The notes below the pieces were generated by a model. That model was not told the origin of the DNA. It did not search any database and saw nothing but the letters and a program-made list of their open reading frames with translations. Both the position numbers and the translations under genes were made by a program. From positions 116,107 through 180,106 of IMG/VR virus record IMGVR_UViG_3300020411_003715: a stretch of 64,000 bases of DNA. One strand, given 5' to 3'. Shown here piece after piece: positions 53,116 to 62,326 of the stretch (positions are counted from its first letter, which is position 1; the number at the start of each line of letters is the position of its first letter). The DNA comes from a virus.

Positions 53116-54267
53116 TTAGAACGGGACTGAGTCTGAGTCCTCCTCGTCATGTCCCGCCTCATAGTGATTATCTAGAATGCTCTGTGCGGAGCCATCGAAG
53201 GGGTTGTGTCGCCCCATCGCTCTAGCTTGGTCATCAAGGCTTTGCATGCCGAGAAAGTAATTAAAGTCAAAAGGCTCAAGGTCCTCTTGAGGAACATCAG
53301 ACGTGGCAACGGTGTCAGCCGCCTCAAACCCAGCGATTTGGTAGGACACCCGACCGCCAACTTGGTCTGCGCGGAGAACAATGTCGCAATCCTTCCAATC
53401 AAGTTGGATAGGGTTTCCGCATCCCTCTTCGTAGGTCTTCCTGCTTCCGTGACCCTTAGGGTGCACGCATTCGACGACAGGCGTGGCCATACCAATGTAA
53501 CCGCAGGATGAACACTCAACAGGGCTTGTCCTGAGGACCTCTTCGTCGCTGGGATCGATCTCTTCTTCTTGGTGGTTTGCCATCACAAACTCACACTCTG
53601 GGCACGCGTATGCGTAGGTGCTTATCTCGCCCTTTTCGCAATTAGCGCACTTATTTCCGATCTCAGCCAACTTCTCAAGAAGTTGCCTCTTCTGACCGGG
53701 CCAAAGCTCCCACCAAAGCTTTCTTCCGAATACGATTTCGTAACCCTCATGCGCCGAGGATGGATGTGAGATCCTTCCGTTTCGATCTGGCGCGGGCACG
53801 CGCTCGTATGTGAAGTACTCGTAACCCTTCTCAGAGGTGTGGGGAATCTTGTAGAAGTCCTCCATGACAAAGACCGATACGGCGCACTTCTCGTCCGCCC
53901 AGAAATCCTCCTTCTCCTCCTCTGCGCAATAGTAGTAAAGCACGCAAGGTAAGGCGCGCTCTGTATTCCATGCGTTGGAGATGATTTGCCGCTTTTGGCC
54001 CTGAGGCGTGGTTACCCACTTAGCGTAATACTTGTAGAAGGTTTGGTTTTCTTCGGTTGGGATGATTCTTACACGAGTCTCGTTCTCATCAGGACGAAAC
54101 TTGTAGTCGCGCATTCGAAACTTCCATGCTGGTGGCTTTCTGGGCTCGAAGCCACCTCCAGCACCGCCACCGAACTTCTTTCCGCCGCCACTCTTCTTGG
54201 CGAGCATCTTTTGTCGAATCTTCGACTCTTTCTGTTGCTTGTGAAAATCTTCAAAACTAATAGGCAT
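53116..54267 (-). CDS. gp32-like single-stranded DNA-binding protein with zinc-ribbon insertion
   Basis: KFRPDENETRVRIIP N-terminal motif, DCDIVL...SYQI, acidic tail DEEDSDSVPF; several CxxC; lies between primase and polymerase. Confidence 0.65.
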   Translation of the reverse strand: MPISFEDFHKQQKESKIRQKMLAKKSGGGKKFGGGAGGGFEPRKPPAWKFRMRDYKFRPDENETRVRIIPTEENQTFYKYYAKWVTTPQGQKRQIISNAWNTERALPCVLYYYCAEEEKEDFWADEKCAVSVFVMEDFYKIPHTSEKGYEYFTYERVPAPDRNGRISHPSSAHEGYEIVFGRKLWWELWPGQKRQLLEKLAEIGNKCANCEKGEISTYAYACPECEFVMANHQEEEIDPSDEEVLRTSPVECSSCGYIGMATPVVECVHPKGHGSRKTYEEGCGNPIQLDWKDCDIVLRADQVGGRVSYQIAGFEAADTVATSDVPQEDLEPFDFNYFLGMQSLDDQARAMGRHNPFDGSAQSILDNHYEAGHDEEDSDSVPF

Positions 54268-54268
54268 C

Positions 54269-55252
54269 TTATCTTCCTCTCGTTGTTGGCCAGGGCTTTA
54301 GCGCCCCCTCTATAGCCAGTTTTACTTGTGTGGACGTTAAGTCGTCCGGTGATATCGGATCGCTGGTCCTATAATCAGCAACCCGAACTGTTATGCCAGA
54401 TAGCTGGCGTGCAATCTTCTTAGTGGCCTCCCTGCCTGCGTCATCATTGTCTAAGAACAGGACGACAGAGTTTGTCACCCGCTGTAGCAGAACAACCTGC
54501 TCGTTACTCATGCTTGCGCCCAATAAAGCGACACTGTCAACGTACCCTGCTTGGATACACCACAGACAAGCCTTGAAACCCTCGCACACGATAACGGGCA
54601 TGTCAATATCTGTATACATCCTTCTGGCGTAGAACTTGTCCAGGCCGTACAGGAGCTTTCTTTTATTGAGCGCATAGCCCGGTAACAATTCGTGAAACTC
54701 AGATCTATAAATTTTATATCTTGGGTGTTCACCGCGAACAGTTCTCCCGGAAACTCCCACAAGGTCGCCGCTGTGACTCCTGAGAGCGAACGTCACCCGC
54801 TTCCTCTTTCTGTCGAACCCGACGTCGTACTTCTTGAGAAGACTCAAGTCGAACCCGGCATCAAGAAGCATCTTCGGTGCGTACTCAAACAGACCGAGAG
54901 CTGCCTCCGGAAGAGTGTCCATCTTGAAATCCATACCAAGAATAGGGTCTTTGCGCTCTTCCCTCTCTGATTTAAGTTCCGCCTTTATGGCGTCGATCAG
55001 AGAGGGGCCAACGTGTAGATCCCTAAGGAGGCCCGTCAGGGTCCACCCCCGGTTGCAAGTATGACAGAATGACATACCTACATGCCTGGACGAGGTCTCC
55101 GGACCGACATAAACGTAGAAAGACGGTTTCTGCTCTTTTCCTTCTTTATGGAAAGGGCAGTGCGCCGCTACGTTGTTTGCCGGAGCCTCCTGCTCCGAGA
55201 AGCGTATATAACCGGATAATATTGAATGAACTTCTTCCTTAGACAGGCCCAT
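54269..55252 (-). CDS. dnaG: DnaG-type DNA primase (CHC2 zinc finger plus Toprim)
   Basis: HCPFH...PSFYV...FCHTC; VIVCEG; VALLG; LFLDNDDAG. Confidence 0.9.
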   Translation of the reverse strand: MGLSKEEVHSILSGYIRFSEQEAPANNVAAHCPFHKEGKEQKPSFYVYVGPETSSRHVGMSFCHTCNRGWTLTGLLRDLHVGPSLIDAIKAELKSEREERKDPILGMDFKMDTLPEAALGLFEYAPKMLLDAGFDLSLLKKYDVGFDRKRKRVTFALRSHSGDLVGVSGRTVRGEHPRYKIYRSEFHELLPGYALNKRKLLYGLDKFYARRMYTDIDMPVIVCEGFKACLWCIQAGYVDSVALLGASMSNEQVVLLQRVTNSVVLFLDNDDAGREATKKIARQLSGITVRVADYRTSDPISPDDLTSTQVKLAIEGALKPWPTTRGR

Positions 55253-56656
55253 TTAGTCACTCAGGTCTTCGTCGATCTCGTCTGGATCGCGCTCAGCCCT
55301 TGATCTGTCCATAATGGGACTGGTGACTTCAGGCGTCGGTTCAATCTCTGCTTCAGACCCCTCCTCTTCCTCGTGAACATCGTTGATGGCGTACAGTGTG
55401 TCGTGCGCGTAATCAAAATTTTCACAAGCAAGAGCGTGGATCGTAAATCCGTCATCGGTAGTCTCTCTTGCTGCCGCAAGGTGCAGGCTTATTTCCTGCT
55501 TAGCCTTATGGTACACAAGCCTTATTCCGACATCGCAATCCATAACAGCGCCAGTGTTCATTGCTAGTGAAGCTGTGCCTCTGGACTTATTGTATTTATA
55601 CGCAGACCTCTCATTCTCTTGCAGGATTGCCATGATGGGGATGCCGGTTGTTTTGGCGATCTGCTTTATCTGCCTATTAATGGCAGAAAGAACCTTCCAG
55701 TCTAGCGCATTTGAGCCTGAGTTTATGCCCGGAAGTTCAAGCATGTACGAGGAGTCCAGCAAAACAAACTCAGGCCTATAGGTGTCTATCTTTCTTCGTA
55801 TCTCTGCGGGGCCTCCGGGAGACCCGTCTGGCCGGTCGCAATCCGTGAAGATGATCTCCCCACGAAAGTCATCAGCGCAATGCTGAGCTACGGTTTCTAG
55901 ATAGTGGGCCTGCTCAATAGTTGAGAGACTTCCCTTCTTTAGGCGCGTATAGTTAACCTTGGCGTTGATAGCGGTAATCCTTCTGCGCATCTGGTCCCAG
56001 GTCATCTCCTTGCTATAGACAAGAACCCGGTGCCCCGCCCTGAAAAGCTTTGCCGCCACAATTAAACCAAACCAAGTTTTCATTGATTTTGGCAAGGCCC
56101 AACACATGATAAAGTCACCGGGCTGGATGCCCTGCGTGGCTTGGTTCATCCTTGCCCACGGCCAAGGCATCCCCGTCAGGCCCTCGGTATCCCCAGTCCT
56201 TCTAAGCTCTGCGATAGTCTCCTCAAGCGCTACATCGCTAAAGGTTACGTCAGTTGTCGCTGAAGCCTTTTCTTGGAGGCTTCCAAGGGTGTCATGGATA
56301 TCCGAGAGGGCGGAAAACGGGTTTGCGCGTGAGTCCTCCTGCCACTTCATCATGGCCTTGTCCACCTCTCGGTGAACGAAGGCCCCTTTGATCTTCTCGC
56401 AAAGATCCTTAAGGTTTTCTACTGGCGTCGGGAGGTCTAGCCCGGGAAATTGCTCAATAAGAGATTGCTCGCTGGGAACGAAGCCAAAATTGTTCGGCCT
56501 TCGGTAGTGAGCATCTATTGTTGAGTATATTGACTTGGCCTCCATACTCCCAAGGGAGCGAAACTGGATTCCCTGACGAAGGGCCTCCTCCCACGCCTCG
56601 GCCGGCTTTTCGGCGCGAACTATGGATGATATTAGCTGTAGCTCCCAATTTGCCAT
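55253..56656 (-). CDS. dnaB: DnaB-like SF4 replicative helicase
   Basis: TGMPWPWARMNQATQGIQPGDF, ALPKSMKT, YSKEM, VLLDSSYM, IKQIAKTTGIPI...LQEN. Confidence 0.88.
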   Translation of the reverse strand: MANWELQLISSIVRAEKPAEAWEEALRQGIQFRSLGSMEAKSIYSTIDAHYRRPNNFGFVPSEQSLIEQFPGLDLPTPVENLKDLCEKIKGAFVHREVDKAMMKWQEDSRANPFSALSDIHDTLGSLQEKASATTDVTFSDVALEETIAELRRTGDTEGLTGMPWPWARMNQATQGIQPGDFIMCWALPKSMKTWFGLIVAAKLFRAGHRVLVYSKEMTWDQMRRRITAINAKVNYTRLKKGSLSTIEQAHYLETVAQHCADDFRGEIIFTDCDRPDGSPGGPAEIRRKIDTYRPEFVLLDSSYMLELPGINSGSNALDWKVLSAINRQIKQIAKTTGIPIMAILQENERSAYKYNKSRGTASLAMNTGAVMDCDVGIRLVYHKAKQEISLHLAAARETTDDGFTIHALACENFDYAHDTLYAINDVHEEEEGSEAEIEPTPEVTSPIMDRSRAERDPDEIDEDLSD

Positions 56657-56943
56657 TAGAACTCCTCAATAAGGCTTTTAGGTTTCTCCGGCTTACTGGT
56701 CGCCGCTTCCTCTGAAACGGTACTTACCACAACCTCCTCCACTGCCTTTAGCAAATCCTCTGCTATCTCGGTCAAATCTTCAGGGAGGTCTTCTATTTCC
56801 ATATTACCAACGGGCCGACCGTCAGCCATCAAACCAAGCTTGGCGCTTAGTATGGGTCTGTGGGTTGGCCCATGGAACATCTTCGTTACAACCACTTGGT
56901 AACAGTGGAGGCCATCGACTTTTGACTTTTTGATTTCAATCAT
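56656..56943 (-). CDS. Hypothetical protein (95 aa)
   Basis: Coupled to both neighbours. Confidence 0.6.
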   Translation of the reverse strand: MIEIKKSKVDGLHCYQVVVTKMFHGPTHRPILSAKLGLMADGRPVGNMEIEDLPEDLTEIAEDLLKAVEEVVVSTVSEEAATSKPEKPKSLIEEF

Positions 56944-57355
56944 CGAATTTTCCTTTATATAGCCTCTCTCGGATGTCGCTAACGTGCCCGAGGACCGCCC
57001 CGCCGATGTGCTCTCTGGACGCTTCCCAGGCTAGGTCATAAGCCATGCTATGCCCCGCAGTAACGCCCTCCTGCGTTTGGTCGCATTTGACTGTCACTGA
57101 CGAGAAAACTTCTACACTGTAAGGGACCTTGTCCCACTGCCCGTCACCATAGCGAACAGAGTCAGAGACTTTTGTGCTTACGCTTGCGGTGACAGAAGCG
57201 ACCTCATGCCCGTCAGTGACTAACGTGCTTATGGGTATCTGCTCCTCAACTCTTTCAGACATATCCTTCTCCTCAAAGTTTGCGTCTTTGTAAGCCTTTC
57301 GGACAGTTACCGTCCTATCGGCGTACCCTTCTGGTTGTTTCGGTTTGTATGGCAT
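56936..57355 (-). CDS. Hypothetical protein (139 aa)
   Basis: In operon; beta-rich core. Confidence 0.6.
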   Translation of the reverse strand: MPYKPKQPEGYADRTVTVRKAYKDANFEEKDMSERVEEQIPISTLVTDGHEVASVTASVSTKVSDSVRYGDGQWDKVPYSVEVFSSVTVKCDQTQEGVTAGHSMAYDLAWEASREHIGGAVLGHVSDIRERLYKGKFDD

Positions 57356-57357
57356 TG

Positions 57358-57789
57358 TTAGCCCACCTTGACAGAAATTTCCTTCGGCGCAAGAACCTTG
57401 GGGGAACCAAACTTCTTGGATCGTGCGGGCTCAACCTGCTCGATCTTGAAGGCACCAGTGATTAGCCCGTTCTCGATCACCTTATTGTCCACGCGACCTA
57501 CGACCCCTGGAGTCTGAAGAACTTCTGCAGGGAGTTTGTGCGCTTCGTATTTCCAAGACTCAGGAGCCTTTGTTCTCCGGAAGCTTTGGTACGAAAACTG
57601 TTCCTGCCCGTCCACCGCTCGAACAGAGTCTTTCGCATCAGCGAGGAGACGATTATACCGCTCACTCAGGTCATAAAAGATATCGAAAACCTGCTGGTTA
57701 TCTTCGATAAACTCTTTGATGGCGTTGCGAGCATCCTCGAACGCGTCTACAGCCTCATCGGCTTTCTTTTTTGTTGTCTTAAAACTCAT
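57358..57789 (-). CDS. Hypothetical protein (143 aa, N-terminal coiled coil)
   Basis: GGAG SD; ATGA overlap. Confidence 0.6.
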   Translation of the reverse strand: MSFKTTKKKADEAVDAFEDARNAIKEFIEDNQQVFDIFYDLSERYNRLLADAKDSVRAVDGQEQFSYQSFRRTKAPESWKYEAHKLPAEVLQTPGVVGRVDNKVIENGLITGAFKIEQVEPARSKKFGSPKVLAPKEISVKVG

Positions 57790-58448
57790 TGTTTTTCTCC
57801 TTGTTCAGAAAGTATTAGTGCGACCTTAAGCCCCTCTCGAAGGCTTTCGAGAGTCTTATTCCACATACCTCCCGAGTTTTGTGATGTGTTTCTGTATAGT
57901 TGGTTTATTGATGGTAGTGGCATGATAGGGACGGCGTACTCAACAAGCTCGCCCTGTATAAACCCCTCCACCACACGACCATTAACAATGGATTGCTTTG
58001 GGTAGAGGGCTTTTACAGCCGAACTCCCGAATGCGAATACAATGTAAGGCTCTATGCGACTAAGCTCCCCATGGAGTCTTTCGCGGCAGGCTTTCGCCTC
58101 CGATAGCTTTGGCGCTGGGAGCATCTCAATTCTCCCACGTGCGCGAGGAATCAGAGATCCTGTTGGGCAAGACACAACTGGTGTTGTCCACACGGCGCTT
58201 GGGGATATCCCGGCCCGCTTAAGGAGCGTCACCAGAACTTTCCCCTCCCCACCGGATAATATATCTCCAGTCGCCGCGCCTGATGGCCCTACCCGGTCTA
58301 TGACGGCGACGATCTTTGTGTCGACCCGACCTTTGCCACGAATCATAACTTTTCTGTTCTCGTGGAGAGGGCACCTTGAGCAATTTCGGTACTCAAAGTT
58401 TAGATCTTCAATTTTCGTCACTACCGATGTTCTTGAATCTGAATCCAT
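57786..58448 (-). CDS. Family 4 uracil-DNA glycosylase-fold protein with degenerate catalytic motifs
   Basis: CSRCPLHENR, GEGKVLVTLLKRAGI, VVSCP, ACRERLHGELSRIEPYIVFAFGSSAVKAL; GEAPG and HP motifs are absent. Confidence 0.8.
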   Translation of the reverse strand: MDSDSRTSVVTKIEDLNFEYRNCSRCPLHENRKVMIRGKGRVDTKIVAVIDRVGPSGAATGDILSGGEGKVLVTLLKRAGISPSAVWTTPVVSCPTGSLIPRARGRIEMLPAPKLSEAKACRERLHGELSRIEPYIVFAFGSSAVKALYPKQSIVNGRVVEGFIQGELVEYAVPIMPLPSINQLYRNTSQNSGGMWNKTLESLREGLKVALILSEQGEKQ

Positions 58449-59838
58449 TGGCTGCCACAGCTTTTCTTAAATGTCGACACATAGCCCCAGCGGGACCGAA
58501 TTTATAGTCATCAATAACCACAACGATAGGGTCCTTCTTGCCAGGACTCTTTCTTTCTATTCGCCCCTTCCCTTGCTGGAAGGACCCCCATGCTTTGAAC
58601 GGGGTGGCGAATATTAGAGTGTCCAGGCGCGCAACATCAAGACCCTCACGGGCCACACCGAAAGTTGCAAAAGTGACGTCACACTCATCAATAATTCGTG
58701 TTCTGTCTGCACCCTTGGTGTCGCCAGTGACAACCCCGGCCGTATACCTTTTCATACGGCTATTGTCTAGAAACTTATTTTTCAAGACGCTGGGATGATC
58801 CTTGCTGTGACACAGTACAAGTATCTTCCTCCCCTTGGTGAGCGCATCTTCAACAACAGACAGAATCTTTTTGTTTCTTGGGATGTTGTCCGCAAAGTAT
58901 TTGTACATCTTCCCTGCGGAGAACTCCCCGGTCGTGTCTGCAATCACCCTTTCGTCCAAAGGTAAGCTTGTGCTTGTTCTTAAGAAGAAGATCTGAGCCT
59001 CAAGGTCGCCAACCAAATCGCTGTAAAAGATTTTTCCGATGTGAGAATAGTATACCTCCTCAAGACCGTCTTCCCGCTTTGGTGTCGCCGTCAACCCATA
59101 CCTATTACCGATAAATAAAGGCGCAGTTTGACTGAACGTTGTCGCGGAAAGATGGTGCACCTCGTCAAAGACGACAGTTCCAAACCTAGCCCTTATTTCT
59201 GGTGGAACTTTGTGCGCCCTCTTGGCGAGCGTATGTATCATCGCAAGCACCAGCGGCTTGTCCCAATCCTCGTTCGGACCTTGAACAACCCCGATGTCGT
59301 CATCTGAAATACTTAAAAATTCAAGCGCTCTTTCCCGCCATTGGTCCATGAGGCCGGAGTTGTTGACTACAACGATGGCCGGATACCCTCTTTGAGCGAT
59401 CTTCTTTAAGCCCATCACCGTTTTGCCCTTCCCGCAAGCAAGGTTTAGGACGCCCCCTTCTTGTGCGGAGAAGGCCTCCCAAGCCCGTTCTTGGTCAGGG
59501 TCTCTTGGGGAGATCCGATCACCAAAATCGAAGGTCTGCATCCCGTCAGTAATTCCTATATTCTCCCAGGGACCTATTTTATTAAGCCACTCTTCGTCAG
59601 TAAAAAAGTGCCTAGCTATTACTACGTAATCTCCTAAATCTCTCGCTAGTGGGAATTTAGAGACTTCGCCGTTTCTGCTGTTTACTGAGGTTATGGTGGC
59701 TGCGCGGATGAAGGCCCGCTTATTGGGTATTAAGTTAGCGGGAACCCACATCCAGGCAGACCTAACCGCACCACCGCTCAAAGACCTCCCGTCGTCCATC
59801 TCTGGAAAATCGGGGTGCCGTGGTTTTCTACTATTCAA
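58408..59838 (-). CDS. SF2 DEAD/DEAH-box helicase (UvsW/XPB-like)
   Basis: LACGKGKT, VFDEVHH, GLTATPKREDG, REGLDVARLDTL, QGKGRIER. Start reset to TTG 59838 after GGAGG. Confidence 0.92.
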   Translation of the reverse strand: MNSRKPRHPDFPEMDDGRSLSGGAVRSAWMWVPANLIPNKRAFIRAATITSVNSRNGEVSKFPLARDLGDYVVIARHFFTDEEWLNKIGPWENIGITDGMQTFDFGDRISPRDPDQERAWEAFSAQEGGVLNLACGKGKTVMGLKKIAQRGYPAIVVVNNSGLMDQWRERALEFLSISDDDIGVVQGPNEDWDKPLVLAMIHTLAKRAHKVPPEIRARFGTVVFDEVHHLSATTFSQTAPLFIGNRYGLTATPKREDGLEEVYYSHIGKIFYSDLVGDLEAQIFFLRTSTSLPLDERVIADTTGEFSAGKMYKYFADNIPRNKKILSVVEDALTKGRKILVLCHSKDHPSVLKNKFLDNSRMKRYTAGVVTGDTKGADRTRIIDECDVTFATFGVAREGLDVARLDTLIFATPFKAWGSFQQGKGRIERKSPGKKDPIVVVIDDYKFGPAGAMCRHLRKAVAANGFRFKNIGSDEN

Positions 59839-59839
59839 T

Positions 59840-60280
59840 TTAATCCTCCAGTATCCTGGCCACTTGCCTTGCAAGGTAGTGTTCCAGGCTATCAGTCCGC
59901 TCAACCTTACAGTGCTCGAAGAACAAAGACGTTATTCTCTGAACCTTGTCTTCAGAGGCTTCTTTTTTGTTGCCAATCATGGTCAACAGCTCTGAGTTTG
60001 CGGAAACGCCAAACGCCCTTTTCTTGGAAGGTTCTCTTTTGGCACGCTCTTCGTATAGGGCGGATATTGTTGATTTGGCGAGGTCGCTCCCATTGGGATC
60101 TATCCCTGCGCCATTAAATAATTTCATCAAACTTTGATTTGACGGCAAGGCAGAGCCCGCTTCGTACTGACGAAGCGTCTCTCTGCTTAGGCCGCACCTG
60201 ATCGCGAACTTTCGGGACGATTCCCCGCGCACCGCTCTTAGCGAGCGTATAAGCTCCGACAGTCTGCTCTCATTGCCCAT
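59840..60280 (-). CDS. XRE-family helix-turn-helix regulator
   Basis: LIRSLRAVRGESSRKFAIRCGLSRETLRQYEAGSALPS fits HTH_3. Confidence 0.85.
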   Translation of the reverse strand: MGNESRLSELIRSLRAVRGESSRKFAIRCGLSRETLRQYEAGSALPSNQSLMKLFNGAGIDPNGSDLAKSTISALYEERAKREPSKKRAFGVSANSELLTMIGNKKEASEDKVQRITSLFFEHCKVERTDSLEHYLARQVARILED

Positions 60281-60568
60281 TTATTCCTCTTCATAGATCT
60301 CTTCGCATTCCAACCACTCCTGGTCGTCGAGAGGTCTATCTTTGTATACGACAACTTCTTCATTGTCACAAGAGTTTTCTTGGGGGCTCGGGAGAGACTT
60401 AGTCCCATCCCCTGTATTTCTTCGCAGACGCAGTTGCGAAGATATGTTTTCGAAGATACTAGCAATGGCGTCGATTGCTATTTCTGTGTACCCCCGGTTA
60501 TCATCCTTATCTAAATGTGTTGGTACTTCTACTTTAATGGTATACGGTTTATCATCAGACATGCTCAC
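60281..60568 (-). CDS. Small acidic hypothetical protein (95 aa)
   Basis: GGAGG SD; first gene of the minus-strand block. Confidence 0.6.
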   Translation of the reverse strand: MSMSDDKPYTIKVEVPTHLDKDDNRGYTEIAIDAIASIFENISSQLRLRRNTGDGTKSLPSPQENSCDNEEVVVYKDRPLDDQEWLECEEIYEEE

Positions 60569-60612
60569 TGGCCCTCCGTGGTTGAGTGTAGGTAAATCTC
60601 GGTTGCATGGTG

Positions 60613-60626
60613 CTTATACCCAAAAA
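60613..60626 (-). promoter_or_regulatory. Putative promoter element TTTTTGGGTATAAG
   Basis: In the divergent intergenic region, about 45 nt upstream of 60568; matches 42611 and 43492. Confidence 0.55.
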
Positions 60627-60652
60627 CCAACAACCCTTGTGGAGAAGGTGAA

Positions 60653-61645
60653 ATGACAAATCTTTCAGGTGTGTATGATCAGTATGATGACGGCGGTCTT
60701 TTTCTTAGAAAGGAGATCGGGTCCCGAGGAATCCCAGCAATCATTAAGACTGCTTCAGACCTGTCTTCTCCGGCTAGAAGGTTTGATGATGACTACGCAC
60801 TTGTGGTCGGAACAGGTCTTGGGAGAGAGTACCGATACCCAGTTTCTGACGCAGGCAATACCCTAGTTTCAGCCATGTACTTTTCTGAGTACGGAGACCA
60901 GCTTCCCGAAGAAATGAGGAAAAGTGCGGCTATCAAGATCAAGGGGGCGCTAGAGTCTTTTGGTTTCGATGTTCCGGAGCAGTTAACGAAGACCGCTGCG
61001 TTCGAGCTTGGGTACAGCGGTGAGGGGGAAAACATGTCCCTCGAAAAGCTATTCGGCGTTGGTGGGGAAGACGATCCTATGGAGATTGTCGAAGATGCGT
61101 TTGACAAGCTGAGCCCCCGAGGCAAACGCCGACTGGCGATGCAGGTTAAAGAGGCAAGCGCCACCACTCCGGACAGGCTTGAAAAGTACTCCGGAACCTC
61201 TGTGGGGTCAGACTTCTCTTTGGCGGTCGACACTAGAAAACTGGTTCTTTCTGGTGAGGATAAGCATGCTGAGCTTGAAGGTTTGCGGAAGAAGGCCTTT
61301 GCTGAAGGCGTTAACCCCGAGGAACTTGCTGAGGAGCTAACTCTTTTTGATACCGTCAACGAGATTACCCATCTTTATGATCGTGTAATACCTGACCCGT
61401 ACGCGGCTGTCTTTGGTAACGAGATTGAAAAGAGCGCCAGTGTGCTGGGGCCGGTCGAAATAGGGGGGCGTGAGTACACTCAGGAAGCCATTAATTCTTG
61501 GTCCTCCTCTGGTGGGATTGATAAAATTAGAGAATCTTTTGGGGACGACTTCGCCTCTCAATTCGGGACCGAGCCTGCGGTTGTTTTGGAAAGCCTTCCT
61601 TCAACCCACAAGCAGGCAATCGCCCGGATGATTGATGAGAACTAA
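60653..61645 (+). CDS. Acidic probable prohead-associated protein with many K-x-A motifs
   Basis: IKTASD, RKSAA, TKTAAF, VKEAS, DKHAE, EKSAS; two genes upstream of the portal. Confidence 0.55.
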   Translation: MTNLSGVYDQYDDGGLFLRKEIGSRGIPAIIKTASDLSSPARRFDDDYALVVGTGLGREYRYPVSDAGNTLVSAMYFSEYGDQLPEEMRKSAAIKIKGALESFGFDVPEQLTKTAAFELGYSGEGENMSLEKLFGVGGEDDPMEIVEDAFDKLSPRGKRRLAMQVKEASATTPDRLEKYSGTSVGSDFSLAVDTRKLVLSGEDKHAELEGLRKKAFAEGVNPEELAEELTLFDTVNEITHLYDRVIPDPYAAVFGNEIEKSASVLGPVEIGGREYTQEAINSWSSSGGIDKIRESFGDDFASQFGTEPAVVLESLPSTHKQAIARMIDEN

Positions 61646-62315
61646 TAAAGAAGAAAGCCCTCTCAAAGGGGGCGGCCCGGGGACTCCGAGACACGCGTTC
61701 ACCAACAAGGATAGCCACCCGCTAGTGCTAAACCTTCTCCTTGTTAAGGAGTTTGGTCCGGACTACCTCGGGTGGGAGCCGGAGACATGTTGGGTTGAGA
61801 TTGCGCGGACGTGGAAAACCACTATCTCCGAAGTTAATCGAAATAAGATCCAAGCAGTCCGAACCTGCCATACAACCGACCAGCCTTATGAGAGATGGGA
61901 GGCTTTTGACTTGGTGGCGTCCGGTCTTTTAGGGCTTCCGCCGAAGTTTGACCTCATACAGAAACCTACCCCGCACCGAGCTGGATTGGCTTTGGATATC
62001 ATGGGTCAAATAAAAGAGGGTGGTAAGATCAGCAGCGATGTGTATAAGTATGTTGCTGCCTGTATGATGGACTACGGCATGGTCTACGGGACAGGCCCCC
62101 TGGAGCCGTGCAATGAGTATCTTCTAGACCTTCTTCCGGAAGGATCTAAGAAGGTTCAGGCCAGGGTAAAGGTGGCACTCGATAAGAACAGGAAACCAAA
62201 GTTCGACGGGAATAATGAGGACGATGTTCACTTAATGAAGAGCATCTCGGTGTCCGATTTCCTGGAGGGCTCCTCAAGAATCTTGCTTATACAGCTTAAA
62301 AGGCTGTTATCGTAA
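61632..62315 (+). CDS. Hypothetical protein upstream of portal (227 aa)
   Basis: Clean ORF coupled to its neighbours; function unknown. Confidence 0.65.
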   Translation: MMRTNKEESPLKGGGPGTPRHAFTNKDSHPLVLNLLLVKEFGPDYLGWEPETCWVEIARTWKTTISEVNRNKIQAVRTCHTTDQPYERWEAFDLVASGLLGLPPKFDLIQKPTPHRAGLALDIMGQIKEGGKISSDVYKYVAACMMDYGMVYGTGPLEPCNEYLLDLLPEGSKKVQARVKVALDKNRKPKFDGNNEDDVHLMKSISVSDFLEGSSRILLIQLKRLLS

Positions 62316-62326
62316 AGGGTGCTGGC

